A stretch of 64,000 nucleotides of DNA, from assembly GCA_012295275.1 (NCBI GenBank), contig CM022668.1, forward strand, positions 15,438,001-15,502,000, read 5' to 3'. Origin of the DNA: Chrysomallon squamiferum. Its lineage: Eukaryota > Animalia > Mollusca. Of the stretch, positions 14,657 to 30,025 are shown piece after piece (positions within the stretch are counted from its first letter, which is position 1; every line of letters begins with the position of its first letter). The notes under the pieces are model-generated. The model was not told the origin of the DNA, ran no database searches, and worked only from the letters and a program-made list of their open reading frames with translations. The position numbers were made by a program, and so were the translations under genes.

Positions 14657-14998
14657 TTAGAGAAAGAAAACAGCATTATTTACTCGGATTCATTAAGAAG
14701 TTTCTAACCGATTTTCTGTCACACCAGGGACATTCTCTGCTCTAATAACGACAATTATTTTGGGGTATCAGAGAAGCTGGAATCAAACTCTGTTGAGTAA
14801 ATACTCCGATAATTCTCTCAGTAAATAATCTGTTGGGTGGGGTGGGAGAGAAAGTCTGGTAAACAGTTTGTGTGTCTTCTTTTTTAAAAGTGATTTCATT
14901 GTTATGTATGTCAGTGTATCTCTACATGTTTATATGTATATAGGTAGGAAGACGTTTTTAAACAGTAATTCATTTAATATTTTGCATTAACAAAATTA

Positions 14999-15046
<48 letters not shown>

Positions 15047-15765
15047 GCAGTAGTAGTAGTAGTAATAATAATAATAATAAAATCATTAGTAAGTATATAT
15101 ATATCTATATGAGGACTGATGTGCTTTTTAAATGTATTTAAATATGCATGCGCATGTGTGTGTATTTGTGTGTACATACATACATATATGTACATATGTG
15201 CACCTAAATATTTATATGTTTTTATACACAAACATTCGACACTTACGTACATACTCATGTTTCTGGATTCATCTGTATGACAACAGTTACACCTATTCAC
15301 CTTTGTCTGAGTATAAAACAAATACAACAGATTTCTGTGCGCTGTGGTAATTTAGCATAACCGTCTTATAGCCTGCCTGTCGTCAGAGATATTAATGATT
15401 TGCGAGTGAAAGCTGGGTAAATGAGAATACATCCCAATCTGAGCGTTTTCGAAAACAAAGAAAACACCTGCGAGAATAATAACACAAACTCAGCAAACTG
15501 AGAACTGATTCAGTAATCGATTCGCACAGCGATATGAAATACGAGATTACAATTATATGGACGCAATAACGTGAGAAGTGTATTATTAATAATAATAATA
15601 TGTAAATACGTACAAATATATACAAAAATGTATACGCGAGCAAGTGCATACTTGTGTGTGTGTGTGTGTATGTGTGTGTGTATATATATATTTTATTTAT
15701 TTTTTAAATGTTTTTAATCTTTTTCGTCATCATTATTGTTAATGTTATTATTGTTGTTATCATTG

Positions 15766-15808
<43 letters not shown>

Positions 15809-15853
15809 TGGATAGATAGATAGATAGACAGACATACAGAGAGATAGACAGAC

Positions 15854-15942
<89 letters not shown>

Positions 15943-16498
15943 TAGATATAATGCATTATATGCGTGTGTATTTAGCTTTGTTTTCAGTACATAAATGAAT
16001 TGGCTCTTTTGTTTTCTGTTTCCTTTCTCCACTTTTATTTTTTTTCCACTACAGCATGAAGGACAACCACGGCTATGTCGTCGTTAGTAACGTACATTTT
16101 TAATGACGTGGATCACGTTGATCACTGATGATAGATCAATAAGTAATTATCAGAAAAATACAGTATTTACTGTAAGTAACTGGTGAGTAGTACTGTACTT
16201 AACAGGGTTTTACTGTTAAACGTACTTTTCTTCTTCTTCGTAATTCTTTTTTTTTTTTTTTTTTTTATATATATATATATATATAATTGACAATTAGCAC
16301 ATAAGTATGTTGTTGCTGTTGTTGCTTTTGTTTACATTATTATCAACATCGTTGTTGTCTGTGTTGTTTTGTTGCTGTTGTTGTTGATGTGCATTTGTTT
16401 TAAGGCCTCATTATGAATCTTTTGTACGTTTAGTTTGTCACTGTAAACTGTCGATGTTTTACAAAGCATTTTTATGGTGGTAGTAGAAATAGTAACAT

Positions 16499-16531
<33 letters not shown>

Positions 16532-17671
16532 CTGTAGTAGTACTAGTAGTAGTAGTAGCTGTAGTAGTAGTAATAGTAGTAGTAGTAGTAATAATAGTAG
16601 TAGTAGTAGCAGCAGTAGTACTAGTAATAGTACTGATGATGATAGTAGTAGTAATAATAGTAGTGGTAACAGTAGTAGTAATAGTTGGCGTCGTCGTAGT
16701 AGTAGCAGTAGTAGAAATGATTGTAGTATAAGCTGTAGCAGTAGCAGTCATAAACCTTTTATCTAATCAACTGACTGAATTATCGTTAATCGCTGTGATG
16801 TGGTAATTAAACAAAAAATAAACAGAGCATGTTGAAACATTAGTAAAACAGGTTAGACAAAAAGATTAGAGCCAGCCCAATTGGCAAATAAGATTTAAAA
16901 AATAATATCATCTGCTCTAATGGAATTTTACTTACCTGCATATCCATACATTCATTACAGTGTCTTGTAATATGATTCCTGTTTGTTTGTTATTTTTAAA
17001 CCATTAAAGCGAAATCACAGCAGTAAATGAATCGTAGATAATTCCAGAATCCAGTATAATCATCGATAAAATTTATAATCCCGTGTTTTTTGCAAGTATG
17101 ATACTTAATTTGTAGGAAGGAGAGAGCGCAAAATTATGCAAGAGTGTTTACAGTTGTGACGTCGCCGCGTTTATGACGTCACTAGTATTGTGTTCACGTG
17201 ACGACGTTAAAAGGTTTAATGTTCTTTTGTTGTTGTGTTTTTTTAACTGGTTTTTTTTTTTTTTTTTTTTTCTTTGTTAATTTGTTTGAATTAGACCCTG
17301 CAATGAGCAAACACTTTCAACTTTTTCAAAGTCGGCTGCGCAGACTACAACGTTACAGCACGTAACGTGTTGTGTAAATTGCTTCCATTATCAGCAACTG
17401 TCCTGTTACTCACGTTAAATGTTTCTGTTGACCTTTCTAGGTGAGACTAGCACACTGTTATTTCATTTCACACATCCAAACACAGTTTTAAAAACACTCT
17501 CACTGTCTGTCTGTCTGTATGGTTGTTCATCTATCCGTTATTTTATATGTGTGTGTGTGTGTGTCTGTGTGTCTCTGTATGAATATATGTCTATCTATTT
17601 GTGTTTCTGTCTCTCTATGTAACTGTTTATTTGTCTGTCTGACTGTCTATCTGGAAGTCAGTGTGTGTTTA

Positions 17672-17717
<46 letters not shown>

Positions 17718-17820
17718 ACTGTATCTTTATGGATATACATATACATATATATATATATATATATTTATATACACGCAAAAGATATCTCTATACAAATGAG
17801 TGTGTGTGCTTGTCTATCTC

Positions 17821-17851
<31 letters not shown>

Positions 17852-17856
17852 GTGTG

Positions 17857-17889
<33 letters not shown>

Positions 17890-18361
17890 ATATATATATA
17901 TATATGTGTCTAACCATTCGTTCTCTATTATTCTCTCTTTTTCGGCTTTCTTCGTTTATTTAATTATTAATAAATTTGATTTTTAAACCATTTATTTAAA
18001 ACTTTATTTATTATATTTAAACATTAATTACATTACCTTGATAAATCCTCTGAATATTTAATGAAGGAATGCAGAAGTCGTTAATGAATAAACCGACATT
18101 TGAAATTGTACTGAAAACAAAGAATTGAAAAAGGTCAAAACAAAACAAAAAGTCTTCTCACCCAGAGCAATTGTTTTTTTTTTTTATTTATGTTTTTGTG
18201 TGTTATGTGATATTACGTTATGTTGTGTTGTTTTGTGTTGTGTTTTGTTTTGTTTTGTTAAGTATAACTTTTAGTTTATTTTTTTCATTTCATTTATTTC
18301 AATTTATCTATTTTTTTATTTTTTTTTTTTTTTTTATCCATTTATTTATTTATGTAACCAT

Positions 18362-18404
<43 letters not shown>

Positions 18405-18675
18405 TTTCATTACATTACATTACATTACAGCGCACTACATTTTATCTTATTTGTTTCTTTATTTATTTCCTTCTTGTTATCTTTTTAGGATTTGTTTTGT
18501 TGTGGTTTATTTTATTTTTTTTATTGGTTTTTAATTATTTACAGATTTTCTTATTTATTTATTTACAATATAATATTTAAAATACTTTTTTTATTTTTTG
18601 TTTATGTTTATTTATTTCATTACATACAATTTTTTTTTTTAATTCATTTATTTAATCATCGTCATTGTCATCATC

Positions 18676-18706
<31 letters not shown>

Positions 18707-19220
18707 CCAGAAGCGATTTACATGTCGTAACAAATATCATCACTAAGAAATCATTAACGTTTCAACTTTACCAACGAATGCAATAAGTAAATCTTGGAAA
18801 CGATACTGAACAGAATTGAAAAACAAAACAAAACCAAAACCATACCAAGCCGTTGTCAAGCAGGAAAGGATAAGATAACTCGCCACTTTTACAAAGCAAA
18901 TGTTTACCGCATAAAACAGAATTGTCTCCCTTGCATCAGTAGAAGTTATCATGATTTGCGTTTTTAATAATACCAAATTTACATTGTACCAAATGTTTGT
19001 ATTTATTTCTGTTGGATTATACATTCGATTTAAGTACACGCGCATATATGTATGAAAATCTATACATACATACATACATAGATACATACATACATACATA
19101 CATACATACATACATACATACATACATACATACATACATACATGCATACATACATGCATACATGCATACATACATACATACATACATACATACATACATA
19201 CATACATACATACATAAGAT

Positions 19221-19450
19221 GATTTTGATAACCGAACTGTAACATCGTGGGCCTTCGGAGTGCGGGTGAATGGGTGTCATACGTTCGAGTCTCGTCAGCG
19301 GCATCTGACGGGTTTGTGAAATCGTGATTTGACTTTGTCCTCCTGCGCCAGTGCGTAGCTTAATATTGTCTGTGTGCAGAGTCTAATCAGACGTACTAAA
19401 GACAGATAATATTCAAAATCCTAAAATAAATACATACATACATACATAGA
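19221..19450 (+). mobile_element. tRNA-headed SINE-like element, copy 1
   Basis: Degenerate A box, B-box-like cgttcgagtc, a body aligning by eye to 58131-58290, and a (TACA)n tail. Confidence 0.65.
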
Positions 19451-19782
19451 TACATACATACATATATACAAACAAGCATACATAAATACATACGTTGGAG
19501 TACATATTTTTGTATCAAAAGCTCGACACGATAGAAAGATAGACAATGTTGACTTTGTTTAAATCTCTTGAAGAAAGGAAACAGAAACTTGAGATGACGT
19601 AAACGTGGAATGAAAATTCCTTTCATCAGAAAACAATATCACCAGTTACATGAAAAAACTGAATAAAACTAAATAATAAATGATAGACAAAATTGAAAAA
19701 TATATATATATATATTTTTTAAATAAATGAATAAAAATTTAGTATTCTTTGCAGAAAATGCTTAAAGATGTTTTAAAATGTA

Positions 19783-19815
<33 letters not shown>

Positions 19816-19912
19816 AAACACACAAACACACATACACACATATATGTATGTGCCTATGTGTGTGCGCACGCACTTTATTAAAATAAAACTGCATATCCCG
19901 GTTACGTGGTTC

Positions 19913-19972
<60 letters not shown>

Positions 19973-20061
19973 TACTTACATACATACCTAATCTAAAAGT
20001 TATCTGAAACAGGGTCAAGATGTCGATTATCTGTTTCATGACTGTTATAAATCTTGTTATG

Positions 20062-20092
<31 letters not shown>

Positions 20093-20394
20093 CAAAATTT
20101 GTGAGTCAGTTTCATTACAAAATTAATTTATATTGCTTCGATGCTTAACCTCTATCACTCTACAGGTATTCGTGAAAAGGTATTTGTAGCAAACGGTGAA
20201 TGTTTGATAGGTTATATCTGCGCTGTAACGTGTACATTGAAATCAAACGTGATTAACACAGATTAAAGTCGAATATTTCGATAATATTACGTGTGTACTG
20301 ACATACATATATAATGAAAAAAAAAAAGAAATTGAAAAATGAATTCAGAAGAAAGAAAGAAAGAAAAGAATAAAGAAAATAAGTGGAAGGACAG

Positions 20395-20481
<87 letters not shown>

Positions 20482-21047
20482 AAAACATTTAATTTGCCAA
20501 AAGACACACAGACCAGATGAACGAACGAACGGAGAGGAATACTGATTATAGTAATTAACTAGATGAATAGAACTGAAAAATACATAAATGTGATGTAACA
20601 GACGGAGACAAAGAATTATTACTATTATTATTGTTATAGTTATTGTTATTGTTATTTTTATTGTTATTGTTATTCAGCTTTAACAATGTAGGACAATCCT
20701 GTGAGACAAGACCCGTATTACAAAACAACAGTCACAGATTTCACAACAAAAAAACCACACCCCGTCCCCTTTCTACAAAGTTCCCATCCTAAATGTATCC
20801 TAGCGGAATATCCCCAATCACGTGACCTGTGAACAGGGCTTAAGCAATAATACTGTGAGCGATGTCCTGAGTTTTGTCACTTCGAAAACAAAAGATTTAA
20901 ACAAAGAACCGTGTCGATATTTAACTATTGCCGAAACTGTACGGAATAAAACAAAGGAACTATCAAAACAGGATTACCGCGCAGTAACAATAAATAAAAA
21001 AATAAATTATAAAAATATAAAAAAACGCCTGTCGACTACTTTGACAC

Positions 21048-21228
21048 AGTGAGAAGTATCGTGTGTAAACACACAGCCTCGTTTTCAAGTTGATCACAGC
21101 CCCGTAACAAGTGGTTCGTCGTAGCGGGTCCCAGAACTTTTCTAACTTTTGCCAGACTTTGTGACATTCGCTTTTACTTTTTCTGCTTGGATACACTGAC
21201 CGCACGTGCGAGAAGGGGAGCAAGAAAT
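21048..21228 (+). other. Candidate innexin first exon A: 5'UTR ending in the AT of a split start codon
   Basis: TATAAAAA at 21016 lies 32 nt before an Inr-like cAgt (A21048). The CpG-rich leader has no ATG that I could find. It ends gcaagaaAT|gtaagt (consensus donor 21229-21234); joining to G43048 gives gaaATGG. Confidence 0.7.
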
Positions 21229-21646
21229 GTAAGTACACCGCTAAACACTGCGTGGAACGCACACGTATGTTTATTTTTCTTCATTTATTTACTGTATCCC
21301 CAGGTTTAAGTCAGGCGTTCGCTCGCTCGGTCTAAGCGTCTTTTGGACAGCGCGAGACTGTGTGTCTCACTTTCGACTGTTTTCTAAACAACAGCTTTCA
21401 ATTACGACTTGCGTAACTTGAAGATGTTGCTTGTGTTTGTTATGTATTTCCATTCTCGGGTTGAAGTTTGGTTAAGTTACCATAATAATAATAATGATGA
21501 TGAAGATGTTGATAATAATAATGATGATGATAATAGTAAATATCATACAATAATTATTTAATTAACGTACAATGAACCGTTACAATATTTTTATAATTAT
21601 TAGAATATATTTTGTTATGAATTAAATATAGAAAGTACTATTTTAC

Positions 21647-21740
<94 letters not shown>

Positions 21741-24589
21741 GTTATTGTTTTTGCTCGACGTTTATTATTAAATAAATTAAAAGTTATAAACTAGATTGAT
21801 ACAAATATCATCACTTATAAATTTACGTATATGAAATAAACATTTATATTTCTTTTATTCATTTTCATCATTATTCCAAAACGTTTCACATCCATTATTA
21901 GTTCTCTACTGAAACAAAAGTGTCATAGAAATTAAGTATTTTGTTTTATTTCTTTTGGGGTTGGTTTATTTTTCGTTTATTTGTTTCAAATATTTATCTG
22001 TGAGCCAAAGTAAAGCTGAAAACTTGTAAGACAAGAATAACAAGATAGCCAATTAAAACATGACAGGGGAGGAGCAATCACCTGTCAATCAAAGTTATCA
22101 ATCCACATAATATTGCTGAAGGATATCTTCATTTTGATGAGTGTAGTAAATTTTATGGGATTTTTTTTTTCTCGAGAAATCACAGATTAAATATTTTTAT
22201 TTGTTTTATGTATATCATTTGTAAAAAAAAGAACGAAAGAAAGACGAAGGAGACGTGTAAAAGAATATGATGTTCGACATACGTCATAAAATTGCATCAG
22301 ATGCTTATGAATCACTTGAGGCGTCGTTTTGCATCTTGTAGGCATGAATTTTATGCTTCTAATTATTGGATAATGATAAAGATAATAAGGATAGTGATGA
22401 CGATGATGACGATAATGAAGAAAATAGACAGAAAGTATGAATGAAAAAGTAAAGTAAAAAGGAATAGACAGATATTTTCTCGTACGCATACATACAAACA
22501 TTAACACACACATCAGTATAAGCATAAATATCAATACGCACACGCACACGCACACGCACACGCACACGCACACACACACACACATACACATACACACACA
22601 TGCACACTCATACACACACACACACACACACAGCATAACAGTAGCAGAAATTGAAACGATTGTTTCTAAAGCAGTTTCATTCATTTTCTTCGTTCTTTTT
22701 ACTTGTCCACTTTCCCAAATAACGGTATTTAATCTCCAAGTCGTGAATGAGAGCGTGTGAAATACTGGCATGGCTTACTTTTTAACCGTGGTGATATCAT
22801 CTTTTATTTATTTCTTCCCTTCAGTGAAAGGAATTTTCCTTCGACATTTACTATATCTCAGATTTCTGTGTGAAATCTAAAACAAAGTTATGCTTGTGCT
22901 GGCGACATGACTTTTTTTTTTTTCTTTTTTATTCTTTTTTTTTTTCTTTTTTCGAAATCCTTATCAAAACTTTGGATCTAAACACCTTTACTTGAACTGT
23001 TTTGCAAAGTGTGCATGTTTTTATATATATATGCTTGGGTGTGTGGTTTTGTTTACACCTATGTCTGTGACTTTATGAGCAAACGAACAGACAGAAAGAC
23101 AGACAGACAGACAATGAGCGTGGGAGAGAGCGATAGAGATTGAATGAATTTGATCGAGCAAAGGTAGATGAAAAGCGATTAATATATGTAAACATGTAAA
23201 TATGTTTATGACCTGTTAGTATTTTTCTAATAATACCCTTGAACATACTTAGTATAACAACAACAACAGCAACAGCAACAGCAGCAGTAATAATAACAAT
23301 AATTATGAGCTGTTGTATTCATTGTTAAATAGATTGTATAAGCATTATATAAGACGATTTTTTTGTAAAGAGGAATACATTCATGTTTACTTAACTACCA
23401 TTATACATTTCTGTCAGCTCAACAACACACACACAATATATTGCCATTATTTCACCATAATAGCCTTGTCACTTACTACCTAATTTCGCTGTACTTAAGT
23501 ACACATTAAGGTGCTGTTTTGAACACACATTAACGTACGTACGTACGTACAATTAACGACAACGTTTTTCTCTCCAGACGTCTCATTTGCATAACACGTC
23601 TACGCATTAAGCGTGTTGTCGGAACTCACCCACTGTTAATTCTGCGTCGACGCCAAACAGCGTCCATTGTAATAAATTAATCCGCATTAATCGCCACGGA
23701 GATAAGCCACTTCTTAATTTTTGCGATTATTTTATTTCGAGATAATATAAGAGTAGTATAACATAATGTAGCTGTCAGATATATTAAAATACAATGTCTC
23801 CAGATTAGCTAAACATGTGTGTATTTGTGTAAAATGTATGAATTGTGTTAAGTCTGAAAATGTTATTGTTGTATTATGGCGGTCGGGGTGACTTTTGTAA
23901 CAGAAGTATAGATTTCGTCATTTCTTATAAAAACATTTTCCTATTTTTATTATGTATATATATATATATATATATATACATTGTATATTTATAATTAGAG
24001 GCACGCATACCTATATGCAAAACCAGCAGGTCTAGGCTCATAAGGTTATATATATATATATATTTTAACACTATCTGCTATCGATGGATGAATTTTTTTT
24101 TAAATTATTAATCTATATTCATGTCCCCCATGATCTTCATAACAAAACATAGTATCTTATAACTAACTAACAACACCCCAACCCAATATTTTAAAAATAC
24201 TGGATCAGTCCTTGAAACGTACACGATGATGTCATTATGCATGTTTATACGCGTTTACCTTTAAACTGAGATACGCTGACTATTAAGAGCTTTCTGTTGT
24301 TGTTATCAGGTGTAAAAAAACCACTGATATATGTCTTCCCAGTAAAGTTTAAATTTTCCGAGGAAAGCCATTATCTTTTCTTTTTTTTCTTCTTTCAACA
24401 TGTCCAATTTTATCTCATAAAATAAACATGTCTGGGCTTCTCTATCGAGTATAATATTGAACATATCAAATTTAAAAAAGAAAGAAAGAAAGTAATTTAT
24501 TGTATTTAATTAACTGACGTGAAAAATCCAACTAAAAGTTTATCACGTTTCAGATGAGACTATAGTTTTTACATGCTTAATAACATTTC

Positions 24590-24713
<124 letters not shown>

Positions 24714-25915
24714 TTAATAAATACGAATTATGTTTGTTCATAGTGGCAGCATTTATAATTATTTCGTAGTTAATAACAGAAACAATTTGTTTTCTTTTAT
24801 CCAGAACGACATAATTTTATAATAATACTTCATTAAGACATTAATACTCCTAAGTTTTTTTTCTGTTGAATGGTTGTTATTTCAACATGAACATGCTGAC
24901 ACTAACGCACATAAGATGACTGTTTTACGTTAACATCAGAGAATACAAAATTCAAATAGTTTTCTTTTTTTTACAAAATAGAAGATGATATTATTTTTAA
25001 TGAAAAAAAGAAATGTGTATATAATAATAAAAAAATAATAATAATAGTAATAAAATAAAGAAAAAACAAGAAAACGAATCAAACAAAAGAAAGACGAAAA
25101 GATATTTCTTTTTTAAAAATGAAAGAAAAAGAAAAACCAGAACGTGATGTACGATATTGTATTCAGTCGCAAACTTGGGTCATTTATAATATTCAAATTC
25201 AGCAACCCATCACGAAATTTGACCCATTTTTAAATGCTATCACCGCAGGTATCCCGGAACGTAATTGTTGGCGTATCTTACCTATTTTTTTTTTTTTGTC
25301 AACTCACTAATAGGAGATAGTCGTATAACACAGACAAATTGAAAAGTAGTAGCAGTAGTAGTAGTAGCAGCAGCAGCAGTAGTAGTAGTAGTAGTAGTAG
25401 TAATAGCAGTTCAGTGTAGAACTAGTGTTTAAAAGATGACAAGAAAGAAAGAAAAATTAGTAAGTAAGATAAAATAAAGATAATCTTATTTACTACAAAG
25501 TTGTTTTTCTCAATTCTGTTCTTGTTTTTTTTTTAACCTGAGGCATTTCTGTCGCATTATATGGAGAAAACAAAAACCACAAAAAAAAAAAAAAACCGCA
25601 GCAGGGTATTTTTTTTATCATGTTACGTTTAGAAACATAAAAGTGTTTATCCCATTGTTAAGAGTTCAGGAAAAGGAGGTGGGTAGGTTGTATTGTACGA
25701 TGTTGAATAAAAAACAAAAATGGGAGGGGGTCGTTCTGGTTTGTTGGACACTGTCAAGTAACATACATCTGTAGGTTTTAGAGTGACCTCTCAGAAAAAT
25801 GAATAAAACATTTATTTTTTTATTTTTTTTGGGACAGTAGCCGCTGGCAAGGGGGGGGGGCAGAGTGATAAAATAAATTTTGTTGTTGTCAGTATTCTTC
25901 AGTTTCTCTTATCGT

Positions 25916-25955
<40 letters not shown>

Positions 25956-26544
25956 CTTATTTTTTTACTTATTTTATTTTTTTTATTTATTTATTGTTAT
26001 TTTACTTATTTTATTGTGTGTTTTTTGTTGTTGTTTTAACCTCAAATTCTGGTATTTTTTATTTTATTTTATTTTATATAATTACAAAGACAGTGGAGAA
26101 TATTATGTGGTAATAAAAACTTCCAAATTTTCCAGCAGCTTTCTTATTACACGTCCCATTCGTCATCTGAATGTTCGAGACAAACCTTTATATTATAATT
26201 TAAATTAAAAACACAAATTACAAGAACACAGATATGTCATTGTCATTACAATTACGTGTTGTATTTCAAACAGTTGGTTTTAAATTTATGTTTCGTTTGT
26301 CTTTCTTGAAACAGACGACAGTTAATTTTTTTTATTTTTTATTTTTTATTTTTTCGGATTTTTCTTTGCATATAAAAATTTGTGATAGTGTTGGGAATTT
26401 TTTTTTTTTTTTTGACTGGTTTATGTTTGTTAGGCGAAACGAAAATTTTATTTGTTTAAAGTCTCAGTGAATGTTATGGTTCATGTTATATGAACAGAAA
26501 AAGTGTGTTTTTATTTATTTATTTATTTATTTTATGTGTGTATT

Positions 26545-26835
26545 TATAATGTAATGTAACGTAACGTAATTTAACGTAATGTGATATATCGTAATACAAC
26601 ATGACGTCACATGACGTAATGCAAAGTAATGTAACTTAATGAAACGTAGAGAAATAGCATGCAAGTGATGTAATATAATGAAATTTATTACAATGTAATG
26701 TAAAGTACTAAATTATAATGTAGTAACGTAATTATGATGTAATATAACCCAAGGTGACGTAATGTAATATAATACAACACAGTGTGACGTAATGAAATAT
26801 AATGCAATGTAGTTTAATGTTATTTAATGTAATGC
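26545..26835. repeat. Degenerate (GTAAT)n pentanucleotide tract
   Basis: Runs of gtaat/gtaac/gtgac pentamers. Confidence 0.7.
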
Positions 26836-27068
26836 AGACAATCTCAGTGTCCTGATTTTTGTTCGGTTTAACATCTTGTTGCATTAATTACTTTAGAAAA
26901 TTAGACAATTGTTTACTTTTATACATGTCGCTGATTGCCGAGGTTTACTGAATTTCAATTCCACACCTGCTGGCGAAATATAATCAGTGTCCATTTCAGT
27001 GTACTGTTACAGGGGCTGGACTGTAATCAGCAAATTTGTAACGTAAGCAGCCATTATTGTTTACACGA

Positions 27069-27123
<55 letters not shown>

Positions 27124-28052
27124 AGAACCAAACAAATAATAAATAAATAAATAAATAAATAAAAAATAAATAAATAAACAAATAAATAAATAAACAAATA
27201 AATAAATAAAGAACCAAACAAAAAACAAACAAACAAATAAACAAACAAACAAACAAACAAACAAACAAACAAACAAACAAACAAACAAACAAACAAACAA
27301 ACAAACAAACAAACAAACAAACAAACAAACAAACAAATAAATAAATAAATAAATGTGGATATTCGCTTTGGGGTCGACACATTCTTTGAGACGTAATGTC
27401 ATTTTGTACGTTATAAAACCCAGTTACTTTATCTTTGCTTTGGCCATAAATCTTCTCCCTGTTGTTTTTTTCCCGGACAGGTTTGGCGAAAAATGTGTTC
27501 GTAAAGTCCGCACGCACGCACCTTTGTTCATGGGAAGTTCATAGACTAACCACAATTAGGTGGTCAAGTTAATAACATAATTCACGATCCGACAAGGAGA
27601 TTCCGGGTCACGTTTTGAAACACTGTTGTACTCAATGGTGTGGATTGCGTTGTATGTCATTGTACGTTGTTATATTTGTTATAGGTGGTTGTGTTATGTT
27701 AGTGTTATTACTGGGGTTTTATAGCAGTGTATAGTATATGGCCCCATACTTTGGAAATGAGATATATATCTAAAAAAAAAAAAAAATGTTTCATTGCTTT
27801 AGGACTTTACGATTAATGTAGCGTCGAATAAAGTTCTGTCTATGGTCATTTGACACAGAGACCAAATTTATTTTATTTACTTCCAGCTGAATAGGTTTTT
27901 ACGTTCAGCCCTAATCTTTGCAAAATGTAAAATATTGAGACTCGTTGCTTCTTTCTTTCGTTAAAACTAAATATTTGACAGTTGTTAATATGTTTTAAAA
28001 TGTCAATAAGCAAACTGCTGATTCAGAAATAATAATAATAAAATAGAATTCA

Positions 28053-28190
<138 letters not shown>

Positions 28191-28977
28191 TCGTCCCAAT
28201 GTCTATGTATTTCTGTCTGTCTGTTTATGTCTGTGTGTTTCTATACACATATATGAAGACACTTTTTATTTCTCACATCTACGTGTATGTGTGTCACCAA
28301 GGCCTTCGCTCTCACCACCAACAATGTGAAAAGTTACAAATCTCTTTGTGTTCCTCTTTTAACACCTTGCCTTGAAATTTCAGATCTTGACATCGATATT
28401 TTACTGTGCTTTTTTGACAGCTAGAAGGTGATAATCGTATCCAGTAATGGTGTGAAGATTCCTCGTTGTTAAATGTTTATGGTCAGTGGTCAAACACAAA
28501 GAAAAATCATCTTTCTCTCTCGAAGCGGTCAGTTGGTTTAGACTTCTTTTGTCCCAAATGGACGTCCGTAATTCCTTTGTGTTTCGGAGGAAGGGATTGT
28601 CCAGTTTTTGACCAGCGTTGATCAGTTGGGAGGTGTTTGGGGAGAGGAATGTTTCTGAGGATTTCGTATTCAGTATCAGAACTGGGCGTTTGTTTTATAG
28701 AGAAATACACAGACACACGAATTTGTTTTTTTTATATATGTATGTATGGTGTCTGTTGTCATACAAATTCAAACCTCAAAAAATATTTCACTGTATAGAA
28801 TTTGATATTTAAAAAGTTTGAATATGTGTATGCGTTTGTGTGTGTCTGTATGTATATATATATATATATATAAACAGTGACATATTTTTCTAATTTTGAA
28901 ACTGTGACAAAAGACACCATCATGTTAAATTCATCAATTAGGTGTTTTTTAAAAATAAAATGATTGACCACTACCAA

Positions 28978-29047
28978 CATCGCTGGACCTTCTTAAAAAA
29001 ACACCCCTAGTAACAAGGGTGGACAAAATCCCCTATTGTGACCACTT
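28978..29047 (+). repeat. Left arm of a dispersed ~70-bp inverted repeat
   Basis: catcgctggaccttc..aaacacccctagtaacaagggtggacaaaatcccctattgtgaccactt is the reverse complement of 37232-37298, with a few substitutions and one short indel. Confidence 0.85.
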
Positions 29048-29254
29048 CCAACATTGGCGGCCAAAGCCAACACAAGTCGTTTATCTCCAAAACACGGTCA
29101 GCTTGGTCATTCCATTGTCCGGTATAATTCCGTCCATCTTTTCATTTCGGCGGTGTTTGTCTCATATCAGTGGGGGGGGGTCCTAGAACATAGCAATAAA
29201 TATTCATTATCTTTGAAAGAGGTCGGCGTTTACGAGTGGGAAAGTTCCACACTC

Positions 29255-29519
29255 AGTCGCTCAGCCGGGTTCCTTGTTGAGTCCGAACGAACTGAACTGT
29301 TTGTTTCGTTATCTGAACTGAAATTGTCGAAAACGATCTTGTAACGAATTTGTCCCGACTATCCGTAAATTATGTCTTTATGTGCGTAATTAGGTTAGCG
29401 AGTTATCATCTTACAGAGATATCATCGTACAGAGATATCATCGTACAGAGATATCATCGTACAGAGATATCGGAAAGCAGGTCCGAGATTGTTATACTTT
29501 TTCGAGTAATTATCGTCAT
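29255..29519 (+). other. Candidate innexin first exon B ending in AT; optional in-frame upstream ATG at 29380
   Basis: TCAGTC initiator at 29253-29258 in a CpG-rich island. The exon ends tatcgtcAT|gtatgt (donor 29520-29525), followed directly by microsatellite-rich intron-like DNA. Joining gives gtcATGG. Confidence 0.55.
29404..29471. repeat. 16-bp tandem repeat, 4.25 copies, inside candidate exon B
   Basis: Unit tatcatcgtacagaga at 29404 (one mismatch), 29420, 29436 and 29452. Confidence 0.95.
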
Positions 29520-29544
29520 GTATGTTAAATATGTTTGTCTGTCT

Positions 29545-30025
29545 ATCTATCTATCTGTGTATCTGTGTATCTATGTATCTATGTATCGATGTATCGATGT
29601 ATCGATGTATCTATGTATCGATGTATCTGTGTATCTGTGTATCTGTGTATCGATGTATCGATGTATCGTTGTATCGATGTATCTATGTATCTATGGATCT
29701 ATGCATCTGTGCATCTGTGTATCTGTGTATCTATGTATCTGTGTATCTATGTATCTGTGTTTCTATGTATCTATCTATGTATCTGTGTATCTGTGTATCT
29801 GTGTATCTATGTATCTGTGTTTCTATGTTTCTATGTTTCTATGTGTCTATGTGTCTATGTATCTATGTATCTATGTATCTATGCATCTGTGTATCTGTGC
29901 ATCTATGTATCTATGTATCTATGTATCTATGTATCTATGTATCTATGTATCTATGTTTCTATGTTTCTATGTATCTATATTTCTATGTTTCTATGTATCT
30001 ATGTATCTATATATCTCTGTATCGA
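29545..30025. repeat. Degenerate 8-bp satellite (TATCTATG/TATCTGTG/TATCGATG)n
   Basis: Read directly from the sequence; it explains the three overlapping ORFs at 29350-30111. Confidence 0.95.
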
